Source: a virus
Lineage: Duplodnaviria; Caudoviricetes
DNA: 52,686 nucleotides
IMG/VR virus record: IMGVR_UViG_3300030333_003828
Location: 1 to 52,686 of that record
Reading direction: 5' to 3' (one strand)
Position numbers and translations under genes: made by a program. The notes below the pieces were generated by a model. It did no database searches. It was not told where the DNA came from and worked only from the letters and a program-made list of their open reading frames with translations. Positions 1 to 9,975 of the stretch are shown here, in pieces. Positions within the stretch are counted from its first letter, which is position 1. Each line of letters starts with the position of its first letter.

Positions 1-100
1 CATCAGCTTCTTTACCTTCTTTAGCTACTATAATTCCATTTACAAATACATAAAAGGGAGCTCTATTTGTTAAATTATTAGGATTACCCGCTTCCCAAGC
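1..100. repeat. Direct terminal repeat, left copy (circular assembly overlap)
   Basis: 1-100 matches 52587-52686 except at one base (G99 vs C); the minus-strand ORF stays in frame across the junction. Confidence 0.95.
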
Positions 101-3100
101 ACCATTAGAAGTATGGTCTCCAATGTTTGTAGTTTGTGACTCTTCTCTATCATGGTCAAACGTAACAGCATAATGAATCCATTCATCTACAGGACCATTT
201 GGATATTGATTAATACCTACATTACCATCCATGTCAGTTTGAGTCCCATTCCATTCCCCATCAGTTCCAAATGAATGAGGATTGGCAACAGTTGAATTAT
301 TTAGGTTACCTAAAGCGAAATCAGTATATATAGATTCCGAAGCACTAGAGCCCCAAGTAACATATGTATAAAGTATATTGTTGTGATTTATTTGTACCCT
401 TAGTCCTTGTTTGGAAGTACTTTGAGAATCATCAAATACCCTAACACCTTGAGTAGAACTGAGAATATCAGTTGGGTTTGAAGTAAGTTTCATCCAAAAT
501 GCTAAAGAGAAATTGGTAACAGTGCTTGATGCATTTGGTACTGGAGCTTTAGGAACCCATACATAGGGGCCAGAATTACTACTTCCACGTACCCCACTAG
601 GCTCTTCTGGTAAATTTAATGCATTAGTATCCTTCTGCCTATTCATTATAAAACCTTGAGTATCTCTAGAAGCATCTACTCCTGCTGGAATTAGTATAGT
701 CTCAGAAACATTATTAACCGTTCCGTCATTACTATTCTTCAAATCTTTCCAAGTTGCCAGACCATTATTTCTCCAATATGCTTTTAGGTTTGAACTGGCA
801 AGAGAATGGGTTAAAGCATCTAATGCCTTACCATCATTATACAATTCACCAACTTGAGCTGTTGATAAACCTGTATCCCATAAAGATACTTCTGTTATAG
901 CCCCACCAAATGGTCTAGTCCCAGCATGAGAATTTCCTATTAAAAAGTCTCTTGATGCGTCAGTATTATAACTACTACCACCACTAGGGGTTTCATTTTC
1001 AGTTATAGCTACAGATTCTCCATTTACAAATATAGTAGGATTATTATCAGTGCTATCATCATTCCAATTAACTGCAATATGATTCCAAGCTCCTTGTTTT
1101 ATTTCTCTATTAGTACTATCCCAACGTCCATTACTAGCACCGTCAAAAGATGCATCAAGCCTTATAACATAATTATCGCTAGAAAGATTTTGTATACCTA
1201 CATACCATCCAGAATCAGGAGCTGTACCATGTCCCTTGTGTAAAATAATCATATTATTAGGACTAGATGAGCCAGTAGGATAAATCCAAGCTGATACAGT
1301 ACCACCTCCATTAAAAATATCATCTATAGTAGAATCTGAACCACAATTAATATCAAAATCAGTGCCAGAATCTGTTCCAGGAAACCAAGCTAATTGATTA
1401 TAAGATTGCAATGCTGGTTGAGGTATATCTAGTTGTTGGTCTGCTTCTGACCATCCATCAGCTGTGCCTACTTCTTTAATAGATATGTTGTCCACATAAA
1501 AAATATCATCATTGCAATTAGTTCCAGAACCACCTTGTATCCTAAAAGGAACATCAGCATCATCATCTACGAATTCTCCATTTAAAGTAACCCATTCCCC
1601 TGTAGTCGTAGTGGTTTCTAATGCAGTACCACTCCCCGAGCCATCCGTAGTATATAATGTAAGACTAGTCATTCCTTGACTGGCAGGCAAATACACATCA
1701 GCAGATACAGCATAGGTTCTCCCTGCAACTAATCCTAAGTCACTACCATCTGCATTACTAGCATCCCCATTAACAAATTTAATATTAGGAGTAGAAGAGA
1801 TTGAATCTGCAGTCACTTTAATTGATTTACTTCCCCCATTAGCTTGCTCATCACTCAATGCAATAGTAGCCACATCATGCGTCCCATTCCCATTGAGACC
1901 TAAACTATTAACAGTAGGAGCAGCGGATTCACAATCACTATTAGTTACTAATTCATCACCATAAAATACAGTAGTTGCATGATGTTTGTCGTTTACAGGA
2001 TAAATTGAAATATTATCATATATACCTTTAGTCCCTGTACCAGATGTAAAAAGTCTTATATTAGAACCTCCTGTTTCTTGAGATGTATAATAATAGCTTT
2101 TAGTTTCAAAATCAGTTGAACCAAATGAAAGAACATTTGTTGATGTTCCTATAACATCAGACAATAATCTAACATAAGCATATCCACTCCCTTCAATTTT
2201 ACAAGTTACAGTAAGCTTATATGTTACTCCAGATACATGTGTTATACCTTGTTGTACTAAATCATTTGCATCACCCCCAGTAACCCCTTGAGCATATCCA
2301 GTCACTCCAGTTTCTTTACTTAATACAGGAGGAGTGTCTGAACTAGATAATTCCCAGTCTTCAGCTATAGTATCACTTGTATGCCATGTTCCTTCCATGC
2401 TACCATTAGTAATAATATCTCCAGTTACTATTCCTGTATTAGCTCCATCCATTATAAAATGTTTACCATCATTAACTCCATCACTCCCTCTTTGTCCATC
2501 TTGCATAGGATACCAGAGTTTTAGATTAGACTCTGTAAGTGAAGTGCCACTATTATTTAATGCTAAAGATTCAGGATTAAGGTAGTCATATAATGCGTCA
2601 GAGGCTGACCATGCTCCTTGCCAAGCTTGTAGGTCAGACATTTTTCCAGCAAATATTCTCGGAGTAGCTTCGGTAGGGTCCCAAACACCTATATATCTAA
2701 ATGATAGGTCTGGGTCATTGCCAGATGTTCCTAAAGTTGCTGTTCCATCTGCAACTCCATTTAAATAAAATGTAAGAGTACCATCACCATCATAACTCCA
2801 TACAGCCCTATACCATGTTAATGGCTGTAAAGTAGTATTTGCATTTCTTCCTGTACTAGCTCCTTGGTCATATATATATAATTTCTCATCTCCAGTAACT
2901 CCTCCACTAATACCAATAGTACCAGATGAAATTCCATTATCTGCTCCTATAATATTTTGACGCGTTTCTCCAACAGCATCATAATTAATCCATGCAGCTA
3001 CTGTCCAAGCTTTCTCTGCAGTAGTAGATTGTTCGCTGGAATCTATAAATAAAGTATCTGCTCCTAAATCTAAATAATCACTAACACCATCAAACTCTAA

Positions 3101-3655
3101 TGCTCTGCCTGAATATATCTGTCCATGATTATTGTTGCCTATAGATTCTAGTTTATAAACAGATACTTCTGATACTGATATCACAGCATCTGTACTTGCA
3201 AGGATATGAAAGTTACCTTCACCCGTTGCTGGTGAAAAATCAAAAGTCCAAGACCCATCAGGACTATTTCCAGATGTACTATTAATAATATATCCAGTAG
3301 CATAAGAACCTGTATGAAGTCTTAATTCTCCAGATGTATAGTCAGAAACTACTATTTTAACTCTATATCTATCTGTTACAGGAAGAAAAGGACCAACACT
3401 TACGTCTTGTAACTTTCTTGTTTTGGTTGTTGTAACACTAGCCCAAACAGCTTTGCCGCCAGTTATTGAAAGACCTAAATCACTAACTGTCCAGTGGTCG
3501 CCTGCTCTAGTCCTATCATCAGCATCTGCTTCAGCTAAAGCTACATCAAAACTAGGGTCTTCAAGTAATTGTTCTCCTACTATCTGTTCTGACGTAGAAG
3601 TATCTACTGCTCTGTATTTAGTTGGTTTTAATATTTTTTGTATAGTAGCAGTCAT
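1..3655 (-). CDS. Large LamG/concanavalin-A-like lectin-domain virion protein, 5' part (continues across the origin to 52378; ~1287 aa in total)
   Basis: Not in the ORF track. The ATG at 3655 overlaps the TAA of the 3655..4425 ORF and reads MTATIQKILKPTKYRAVDTS..., with LamG-type motifs (GRALEFDGVSDYL, WTVAAWI, FYLNG). Frame arithmetic joins it to the C-terminal piece ending at 52378. I spot-translated it rather than checking every codon. Confidence 0.8.
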   Translation of the reverse strand, partial: MTATIQKILKPTKYRAVDTSTSEQIVGEQLLEDPSFDVALAEADADDRTRAGDHWTVSDLGLSITGGKAVWASVTTTKTRKLQDVSVGPFLPVTDRYRVKIVVSDYTSGELRLHTGSYATGYIINSTSGNSPDGSWTFDFSPATGEGNFHILASTDAVISVSEVSVYKLESIGNNNHGQIYSGRALEFDGVSDYLDLGADTLFIDSSEQSTTAEKAWTVAAWINYDAVGETRQNIIGADNGISSGTIGISGGVTGDEKLYIYDQGASTGRNANTTLQPLTWYRAVWSYDGDGTLTFYLNGVADGTATLGTSGNDPDLSFRYIGVWDPTEATPRIFAGKMSDLQAWQGAWSASDALYDYLNPESLALNNSGTSLTESNLKLWYPMQDGQRGSDGVNDGKHFIMDGANTGIVTGDIITNGSMEGTWHTSDTIAEDWELSSSDTPPVLSKETGVTGYAQGVTGGDANDLVQQGITHVSGVTYKLTVTCKIEGSGYAYVRLLSDVIGTSTNVLSFGSTDFETKSYYYTSQETGGSNIRLFTSGTGTKGIYDNISIYPVNDKHHATTVFYGDELVTNSDCESAAPTVNSLGLNGNGTHDVATIALSDEQANGGSKSIKVTADSISSTPNIKFVNGDASNADGSDLGLVAGRTYAVSADVYLPASQGMTSLTLYTTDGSGSGTALETTTTTGEWVTLNGEFVDDDADVPFRIQGGSGTNCNDDIFYVDNISIKEVGTADGWSEADQQLDIPQPALQSYNQLAWFPGTDSGTDFDINCGSDSTIDDIFNGGGTVSAWIYPTGSSSPNNMIILHKGHGTAPDSGWYVGIQNLSSDNYVIRLDASFDGASNGRWDSTNREIKQGAWNHIAVNWNDDSTDNNPTIFVNGESVAITENETPSGGSSYNTDASRDFLIGNSHAGTRPFGGAITEVSLWDTGLSTAQVGELYNDGKALDALTHSLASSNLKAYWRNNGLATWKDLKNSNDGTVNNVSETILIPAGVDASRDTQGFIMNRQKDTNALNLPEEPSGVRGSSNSGPYVWVPKAPVPNASSTVTNFSLAFWMKLTSNPTDILSSTQGVRVFDDSQSTSKQGLRVQINHNNILYTYVTWGSSASESIYTDFALGNLNNSTVANPHSFGTDGEWNGTQTDMDGNVGINQYPNGPVDEWIHYAVTFDHDREESQTTNIGDHTSNGAWEAGNPNNLTNRAPFYVFVNGIIVAKEGKEAD

Positions 3656-4425
3656 TATACTAGTGTCCCATTGTTTGAACCATGTGAATCGTTAGCATTT
3701 GTATCTAAATTCCACCATGATACTAAACTACCTTTTTCACTAGTTGATAAATCTGCATACTGTTTCCACATAATTGATTTGACTTCTGCTTGAGTTAATT
3801 CTCTAGAGTACAATGAAACATTAGAGGCATATCCTTTTAAAGCTGAATCAGTGCCATTTATTCCTACTGATTTTCCTATCGTAAAATTTGTAGTAGAATG
3901 ATTTGATTCAAAATTAACATCTGTATCTGTAGCTTGAAGGACTCCATTTATATAACCTTTCGAGGTTAACGAACCTGTCGTTCCACTTGACAATGTTACA
4001 TATATATGTGACCAACTGTCCTTATATCTTAAAGTAGTTAAAAAATCTGAATCTATACTTTTTATATCATCTACTCCATTAGTATTATCCCCAAATGACA
4101 TTTGTAAAGCATTATTATTAAGTCTTAAAAGAGCTCCCTCTACATGGTCTGTATCCCAACCTGCTTGACCTATCAAAGTTGCAAATTGGTCTCCTTGCGT
4201 TGAACTAATCCAAAACCATCCACCGAAACTAAGTCCTGAAGTACCTAAATTTATAGCACCACAATCAATATAATCATCAACAGTATTTCCTCCAAAATAT
4301 ACAGCACCATCACTTAGTGGCTGTACTGCTCCTGCAGGATACATATGTTTCATAACTAGGCTATCTGTAACGATGCCTGGAGTAACTATTTTTGACTTAG
4401 TTAGTTTAGTTCCTAAACCTAACAT
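3655..4425 (-). CDS. LamG/ConA-like domain virion protein
   Basis: LamG signature DDYIDCG...SFGGWF...WSHIYVT...GYING...FTIG...LYSRELTQAEV...NDSHGSNNGTL. Confidence 0.8.
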   Translation of the reverse strand: MLGLGTKLTKSKIVTPGIVTDSLVMKHMYPAGAVQPLSDGAVYFGGNTVDDYIDCGAINLGTSGLSFGGWFWISSTQGDQFATLIGQAGWDTDHVEGALLRLNNNALQMSFGDNTNGVDDIKSIDSDFLTTLRYKDSWSHIYVTLSSGTTGSLTSKGYINGVLQATDTDVNFESNHSTTNFTIGKSVGINGTDSALKGYASNVSLYSRELTQAEVKSIMWKQYADLSTSEKGSLVSWWNLDTNANDSHGSNNGTLV

Positions 4426-4426
4426 G

Positions 4427-4786
4427 TTATCCTAAATATAAAAATGCTGAGCCACTATCTAAAGCAACTGTTTTCCATCTTCCATAAATTGTTAATCCAG
4501 CAGGTAATGTTGTACTTCCTATAGCATCATCATTTGTAGAAGGACCTGCCTGAGCTCTTGTACTCCAATTGGAATCTGCAGTAGTGCCTGCGCTATCTAA
4601 GACAGCATCTTCTACTATTTGTATAGCTACAACAACCATCCCATCAGGAGGAGTTATAGTATCTGTTGTTCCACTTGCAATAAAAGACACACCATTACCG
4701 CCCAAATCAACACCTTTGGCGGCTGGTCCAGTTTCATCTCTAGTCTGCACTGTTCCTGCATGTGTTATTGTTAAATTACTACTCAT
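4427..4786 (-). CDS. Small beta-rich virion structural protein
   Basis: ORF with a GGAG RBS in the structural operon; beta-sandwich-like pattern (TLPAGLTIYGRW). Confidence 0.6.
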   Translation of the reverse strand: MSSNLTITHAGTVQTRDETGPAAKGVDLGGNGVSFIASGTTDTITPPDGMVVVAIQIVEDAVLDSAGTTADSNWSTRAQAGPSTNDDAIGSTTLPAGLTIYGRWKTVALDSGSAFLYLG

Positions 4787-4808
4787 TATTTCTCCATTTA
4801 AAAGTTAT

Positions 4809-4835
4809 GTTAAGGGGCCATAAAGACCCCTTAAC
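4809..4835 (-). terminator. Hairpin/terminator after the capsid genes
   Basis: GTTAAGGGG/CCCCTTAAC 9-bp stem, followed on the minus strand by an AT/T-rich tail, downstream of the MCP and decoration genes. Confidence 0.55.
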
Positions 4836-4848
4836 TATTATTACATCA

Positions 4849-5313
4849 CTATGATGGGTCAGAACCTATACCGCCTACAGTTAAAGTTTCGTCTTCATTT
4901 TGAAGTTGAGTAACTATAACTCTGGCATGATTACTACTCTCATTACCAGTAGAGGTGATAGCGATTTTAAAATATTGCCAAGGCAAATTCGTCAAATCAA
5001 CAGTACCACTAGTATAAGTATTAGCCCCTGCACTACCAGCCACTGAAGCTGCTACATCATCTGATACTTTAGCAAAAGTACCTCCAGATGTATTTGAAGC
5101 ATATAAGTCGACAACATTAGTATTAGCTGGGTCATCATCATACTCAACAGTTACCCCTATAATACCTCTTTTAAAGTCAACTCCTACTTCGAATTCATCA
5201 CTTTGTGCAGTTCCCGCGTTAGTAAGAGCTAAACCATTAGCATTTAAAGTAGTGCCTAGCGCTAGATTATAATATCTAACCATACCATTTACTTTATCTT
5301 TAGTCCAAGCCAT
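4849..5313 (-). CDS. Putative capsid decoration/auxiliary capsid protein
   Basis: Directly downstream of the MCP with a strong AGGAGG RBS; beta-rich; followed by a terminator-like hairpin. Confidence 0.55.
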   Translation of the reverse strand: MAWTKDKVNGMVRYYNLALGTTLNANGLALTNAGTAQSDEFEVGVDFKRGIIGVTVEYDDDPANTNVVDLYASNTSGGTFAKVSDDVAASVAGSAGANTYTSGTVDLTNLPWQYFKIAITSTGNESSNHARVIVTQLQNEDETLTVGGIGSDPS

Positions 5314-5326
5314 AATCTACCTCCTA

Positions 5327-6736
5327 TTAAGTGAATCTAAGTATTGCGTGAGTTTCAGGAAGACTAATCTCAAGACCAGCTTCAGTGATGATTTGGTCTT
5401 GTCGACCATCAACACCATTGTCTTGTACGTTAGTTTCAATAAAGGTATCTCGACTAATACCGTTACCCACTAGTGGTCTATAAGCTACATTCTTCATATC
5501 AATAGCTATACAATAATCTTCCCATATACCTCTTAATAGAGGTTCAGCAACAAAATGTAAATTACCGAAAATAGTATTTACAACTGTTACCTGATGCCCA
5601 AAAGCACCTTTGATAGATTGTATATCTAATCTATATTGAGATGAGCCTATAGAGTTATTCAAGAAAGAGCCATTACCTAATTTATTAAGATAAGTAATTA
5701 CTTTTCTTGAAGCAAGAACTAGCTTATTTCCAGAATTACCACTTTCAGGCGCGAAGAAATCTTCCATCGCATCTAAGAAAGCATCATAACCAGAAGAAGC
5801 ATAACTCATAGTATATATTTTACCATTTTGCTCTGTGTATGGAAGCATCCCCCAAGATTGTCTGGTTGGAGTTCCTGAAGTTTCGTTAGAAGCAGAACCT
5901 ATCCCAAACAACATTGCTTGTTCAATATCCATTTTATGCTCCATAAGTTTATCTTGCCAGATTCTTTGAAACTCATTTTTAATACCTCTATATTCAGTAG
6001 CAAGAGCTGTATTAGAAAAGATATTCATACCAGTTTTGAAGATTTGACAATATCCTTCTCTGTCCCATAATTTATCTTCCCAACCAGTAGGAGTATCAGT
6101 TCCTTCAGCCCATGATGTTCCAATTACTTGGCCTCTATCGCCATCAACATAGTGAATCTTACCATTTGAATTAGTAAAATCACCTGCTGCGTACGCAGCA
6201 CCTGTTGCTGCATTTACAATTGATAAAACATCAGCCTCTATAGGGGTACCATTACTAGCCTGTGCATCTACAGCTGTGATTTTTAATGTTACTCTCACAT
6301 CAGTATGTTCAGCATCAGAACCAGTAAAATCTGCTTCTGCCTCTACTACAATTACTTGTCCAACAAGTAAAAAGTTTGGAGCTGTATCAGTCCCAGTTAT
6401 TTTTCCATATTGGTCATATGCACAAGTTAAAGATAGTTCTGAACTATTTGCTGGAGCAAAATCAGATAATGCTGCTGTGCCACCTGCAGTTTTATCTAAT
6501 CCTGTTCTAACTGTAAAATTACGTCTTTGCCACTGATGTCTCTGTTCTAAAAACTTAAAAACAGGGTCATTAGTAACCTTTTTTGCTACTTTGTTAAGAT
6601 ACACGAAGAAAGGACTTTGCTGAGGAGCAAGTTCGGCAACCCTATCACCAAAATCAAACTTTCTACGAGTATCGTCAATAGAAACACCTTGGGCTGTCCC
6701 AGATGCCACATTACTAAACACTGTTGCGTTAGCCAT
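5327..6736 (-). CDS. Major capsid protein (HK97 fold, SU10/DUF5309-like, with insertion domain)
   Basis: Follows portal and scaffold; motifs QSPFFVYL, EGYCQIFKT, EHKMDIEQAMLFG and EAGLEI..PETHAIL typical of this MCP family. Confidence 0.85.
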   Translation of the reverse strand: MANATVFSNVASGTAQGVSIDDTRRKFDFGDRVAELAPQQSPFFVYLNKVAKKVTNDPVFKFLEQRHQWQRRNFTVRTGLDKTAGGTAALSDFAPANSSELSLTCAYDQYGKITGTDTAPNFLLVGQVIVVEAEADFTGSDAEHTDVRVTLKITAVDAQASNGTPIEADVLSIVNAATGAAYAAGDFTNSNGKIHYVDGDRGQVIGTSWAEGTDTPTGWEDKLWDREGYCQIFKTGMNIFSNTALATEYRGIKNEFQRIWQDKLMEHKMDIEQAMLFGIGSASNETSGTPTRQSWGMLPYTEQNGKIYTMSYASSGYDAFLDAMEDFFAPESGNSGNKLVLASRKVITYLNKLGNGSFLNNSIGSSQYRLDIQSIKGAFGHQVTVVNTIFGNLHFVAEPLLRGIWEDYCIAIDMKNVAYRPLVGNGISRDTFIETNVQDNGVDGRQDQIITEAGLEISLPETHAILRFT

Positions 6737-6796
6737 GTCTATACTCTCCTAATTAACTCTCTCTCAGCTGTCGTGGGACCTTCGAGTAGAGTATGG

Positions 6797-7744
6797 TTAC
6801 CACGGATTTTTTTTATTAAAATCCGATATCATATTATCCATAATCTTGTCAGAATCACTTCTTGCATCGTTTCCGCCACCCTGACCTGTCTGCACTCCCA
6901 TCGGAGATGGAATTTGCTGAGCTCTTTGAGTTTGTTGAAACTCAGGGCTCGGTCCAGCATTAGGATTTGGTTGGCCTTGGCCTTTCTGCAATCTGTATAA
7001 CTGTACAAGATTATCTAAATTTAATGAATTAGGGTCAGACATCTGTTGAATAAACTCTTGAGCTTCAGTTTGTTCAAAGCCATAATGACCTTGAAGATGA
7101 GAACTAACACTCTGCATTTGCTGTCTTTCTTGCGCATATGCTTGTTGTCTTTGAATCTCTTCTTGCCTCTGTTTCTCTTGAGCATCTAACTTTGATTGCA
7201 TCTGAGTTACAGTATACTCTTGTTTAAGAGTATTGTATTCAGACATATCATCACGCCATTCCTCATATTCATCTAAATACCTAGCACTTTCGCTATTAGG
7301 GTCAGCATACGCCTCTTCCCTATTAAAGGTTCTAGGTTTTTTGGGCTTACTTGGAGGTGCAGGAAATTCCTCTACAGGTTCTGCTGCCTTCGCAGGAGCT
7401 GTTTGCATTTGTTGCATCTGAGCTTGTAACATCTCATTCTGCTTCTGTAATTCTGATAATTGATTATTAGTCTGAGCTGCCTGACTTTGCCAGTACTCAA
7501 AACGTTTTTCATCATTTTTAGCAGAATACTCTTGTGCTTGCTCTTGTATAGGTGCAGGTTCAGGGGTCGCAGTTTCTACTGGAGCCTGTTCCTGTGTTTC
7601 TGTTGTTTCCTGGCTGCCAAAAAAAGCATCCTCAACTGACGTATTATTACTATTAGAGTCCTCAGTTGGCCATGGTCCTTCAAACGCCTGATTAGCGTCG
7701 TTAGGATTAGCACTTTGAGGAGTGTCTACCGTATTATCTGTCAT
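6797..7744 (-). CDS. Capsid scaffolding protein
   Basis: Acidic, Q/E-rich coiled-coil protein between the portal and MCP. Confidence 0.75.
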   Translation of the reverse strand: MTDNTVDTPQSANPNDANQAFEGPWPTEDSNSNNTSVEDAFFGSQETTETQEQAPVETATPEPAPIQEQAQEYSAKNDEKRFEYWQSQAAQTNNQLSELQKQNEMLQAQMQQMQTAPAKAAEPVEEFPAPPSKPKKPRTFNREEAYADPNSESARYLDEYEEWRDDMSEYNTLKQEYTVTQMQSKLDAQEKQRQEEIQRQQAYAQERQQMQSVSSHLQGHYGFEQTEAQEFIQQMSDPNSLNLDNLVQLYRLQKGQGQPNPNAGPSPEFQQTQRAQQIPSPMGVQTGQGGGNDARSDSDKIMDNMISDFNKKNPW

Positions 7745-9960
7745 TTCTTTTTACTCTCTTTCGACTTGCCCTTGCTGCCGCCTGAAGGGGTAGAAGTCTC
7801 TTTTTTTATTGAATCAGCGATATCACGCTTGATTACGGCCAAGTTGTCATCAAGTCGTTTTTCATAAACGTTGCCTGCAGCTTTTGCTTTATTGCTAACC
7901 TGGTCAAGCTCGTTTTTAAACTTCTCAACTTCAACTCTTTTTCTAAGGTTAACAGACTCTCTATCTCTTGTCTGAATATCACCTTTTAATTTTTTAATTT
8001 CTTCAGTAGCTTGTTGTAATTGTGCTTGAAGCTGACCAACTTCATCAGTTCTTTGAAGCACACCTTCCATGTCAAATACTTCTGTTTTCTTAAGAACTTC
8101 AACTCTATCAACAAGTCCTTTCTGATATGCATCCATATAAAATTCAAGTTCTGCATATCTATTAGAAGGTAATGTGCTACCTGATAGATAAATTACATCA
8201 TATTTTCCAATTGTAATATCATTAAATACACTAATTTCACCTGTTTTATCGTCAATGAGTCTTTTATTAATTACAAATTCACTCAAAGAATTGTTTGGCT
8301 GTATAACTCTAAACACCTTTTCTTGTGTATACAACTGTTGCATTAAAGGTAATGCAACTTCTGCAACCTTTGTCAAGCCAGCCTCTATATCAGCTAGTTT
8401 AGATTTAATTTTTCTTTGTCCAAATTCATCCAAGCTAATAGTAGCTTTATAAGTTTGGGGTGCAGCCTGAGAATTACCCATCATCATTTCATATAATCCA
8501 AGTTGATGGTCTATATCTTGCTTTGCTACTTGCTCTCCACTGTACAGTTCATTTGGTAGTGGAGAGGGTTGAACAGGCATTGGTGCTCCATCTGTTGGGT
8601 CATATGGAATTGCTACCCCAGGCTGAGCCCATTTTTGCTCAAACTCATTCATATCTACACTACCCTCGGGAACAAGTATCTTTGTATTAGTACTTGTTGT
8701 TGCATGAGCTACTATTAATGAACGCATTTTATTGATGTATTCTTGTAATCCCTTAATCATTCTAACATCAGACTGAGGATATGGAGTTCTAGTGTGCAAA
8801 CTCATAAAAGGAATTATTGGATAATCCTCAATAGGCAATTCCCTTGAGTATAAGTGTTTATCACCTATGATTACACACATATGCACTCTTTTAACCTGAG
8901 TAGTAACTACCTGTATAATTTTCCTCTCAACAAGTTCTGCATAATTAAGCTGCTCAACCTCCATAGGCTGAGGCATCATTGGAACTTCAGCATTTTCTTC
9001 GAGTCCCATGTCCATCATTTGCATTTTCATTTCAGCTTCATACTGAGCTCTTTGCTGTTCCATCTGAGACATAAGCTCTTTTGCTTTCTGTTCATCTGAA
9101 ATAACCTGGCCATTAATTATCCATGCTGGACTTGCAAGATAACCTTCAAATTCTTCCTCATTTAGTAGAAGTTCTTTCTTGCTAAATGTTTCGTAAATTC
9201 TAAATCTATCAACTACTGTCTTATAATACCTCTCATATCCTCTTAGATATTCAGTATTATTAGTTCTATCAATATCTTCTGGAAAATGAGTAGCAAAATC
9301 ATTAGACCTGCCTGTCTCTGGCCTATCATGGTCAAAATCAGCTGTATTATTATCTGCATTTCTTATAGCCTTTTCATACATAGGATATAATTGAGCAGCC
9401 TGGTCTCTAGTAAATAATCTAGATATTATTATATTTTCAGCATCATTAAAAAACTTATCCCTAGAATTAGGGTCAACATATACATCTAATGGGTCAACAT
9501 CATGAAAGCACACCTCTCCTTTACCCATATCCATCATAGGGTCCTGGTATACATGAATATAACCAAGTCCCATTACATAATAGTCATCAATCATTTGACG
9601 AACTACAGTTCTGCCATCAGATATATCATACATATATGCCAATAAAGAACTCATCACCTGAGCAACTTTATTGTCAGAATCTTCTCTAGGAGCCACCCTA
9701 AACGATGGTCTGTTTGCAGACATCATAGATTTAGCAGCTTCAACTGCTGGATGCACCCTATTAACAACAATAGGGGCTTGGCCCCTAGCTGTTAAAATAT
9801 CTTCTTGTTCTTGCGTCCATTGTCTACCAAGTCTAAATTCTTTATCCTCTTTTGCATGTTTAGCCCAGTTATCTCTTTTTGAACCGTATTTCTGCCAAAG
9901 GTCTAAAGTCTCATCGACTAAGGCTTTCCCTGAAAGTTTCTTTTTTGCGGTATATGCCAT
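7741..9960 (-). CDS. Portal protein (P22-like, long C-terminal coiled coil)
   Basis: Directly after TerL; G.QW, PIVVNRV, DPLDVYVDP, YPIIPF and LQEYINKMRS motifs. Confidence 0.9.
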   Translation of the reverse strand: MAYTAKKKLSGKALVDETLDLWQKYGSKRDNWAKHAKEDKEFRLGRQWTQEQEDILTARGQAPIVVNRVHPAVEAAKSMMSANRPSFRVAPREDSDNKVAQVMSSLLAYMYDISDGRTVVRQMIDDYYVMGLGYIHVYQDPMMDMGKGEVCFHDVDPLDVYVDPNSRDKFFNDAENIIISRLFTRDQAAQLYPMYEKAIRNADNNTADFDHDRPETGRSNDFATHFPEDIDRTNNTEYLRGYERYYKTVVDRFRIYETFSKKELLLNEEEFEGYLASPAWIINGQVISDEQKAKELMSQMEQQRAQYEAEMKMQMMDMGLEENAEVPMMPQPMEVEQLNYAELVERKIIQVVTTQVKRVHMCVIIGDKHLYSRELPIEDYPIIPFMSLHTRTPYPQSDVRMIKGLQEYINKMRSLIVAHATTSTNTKILVPEGSVDMNEFEQKWAQPGVAIPYDPTDGAPMPVQPSPLPNELYSGEQVAKQDIDHQLGLYEMMMGNSQAAPQTYKATISLDEFGQRKIKSKLADIEAGLTKVAEVALPLMQQLYTQEKVFRVIQPNNSLSEFVINKRLIDDKTGEISVFNDITIGKYDVIYLSGSTLPSNRYAELEFYMDAYQKGLVDRVEVLKKTEVFDMEGVLQRTDEVGQLQAQLQQATEEIKKLKGDIQTRDRESVNLRKRVEVEKFKNELDQVSNKAKAAGNVYEKRLDDNLAVIKRDIADSIKKETSTPSGGSKGKSKESKKK

Positions 9961-9975
9961 CTTGCAATTTAACTC

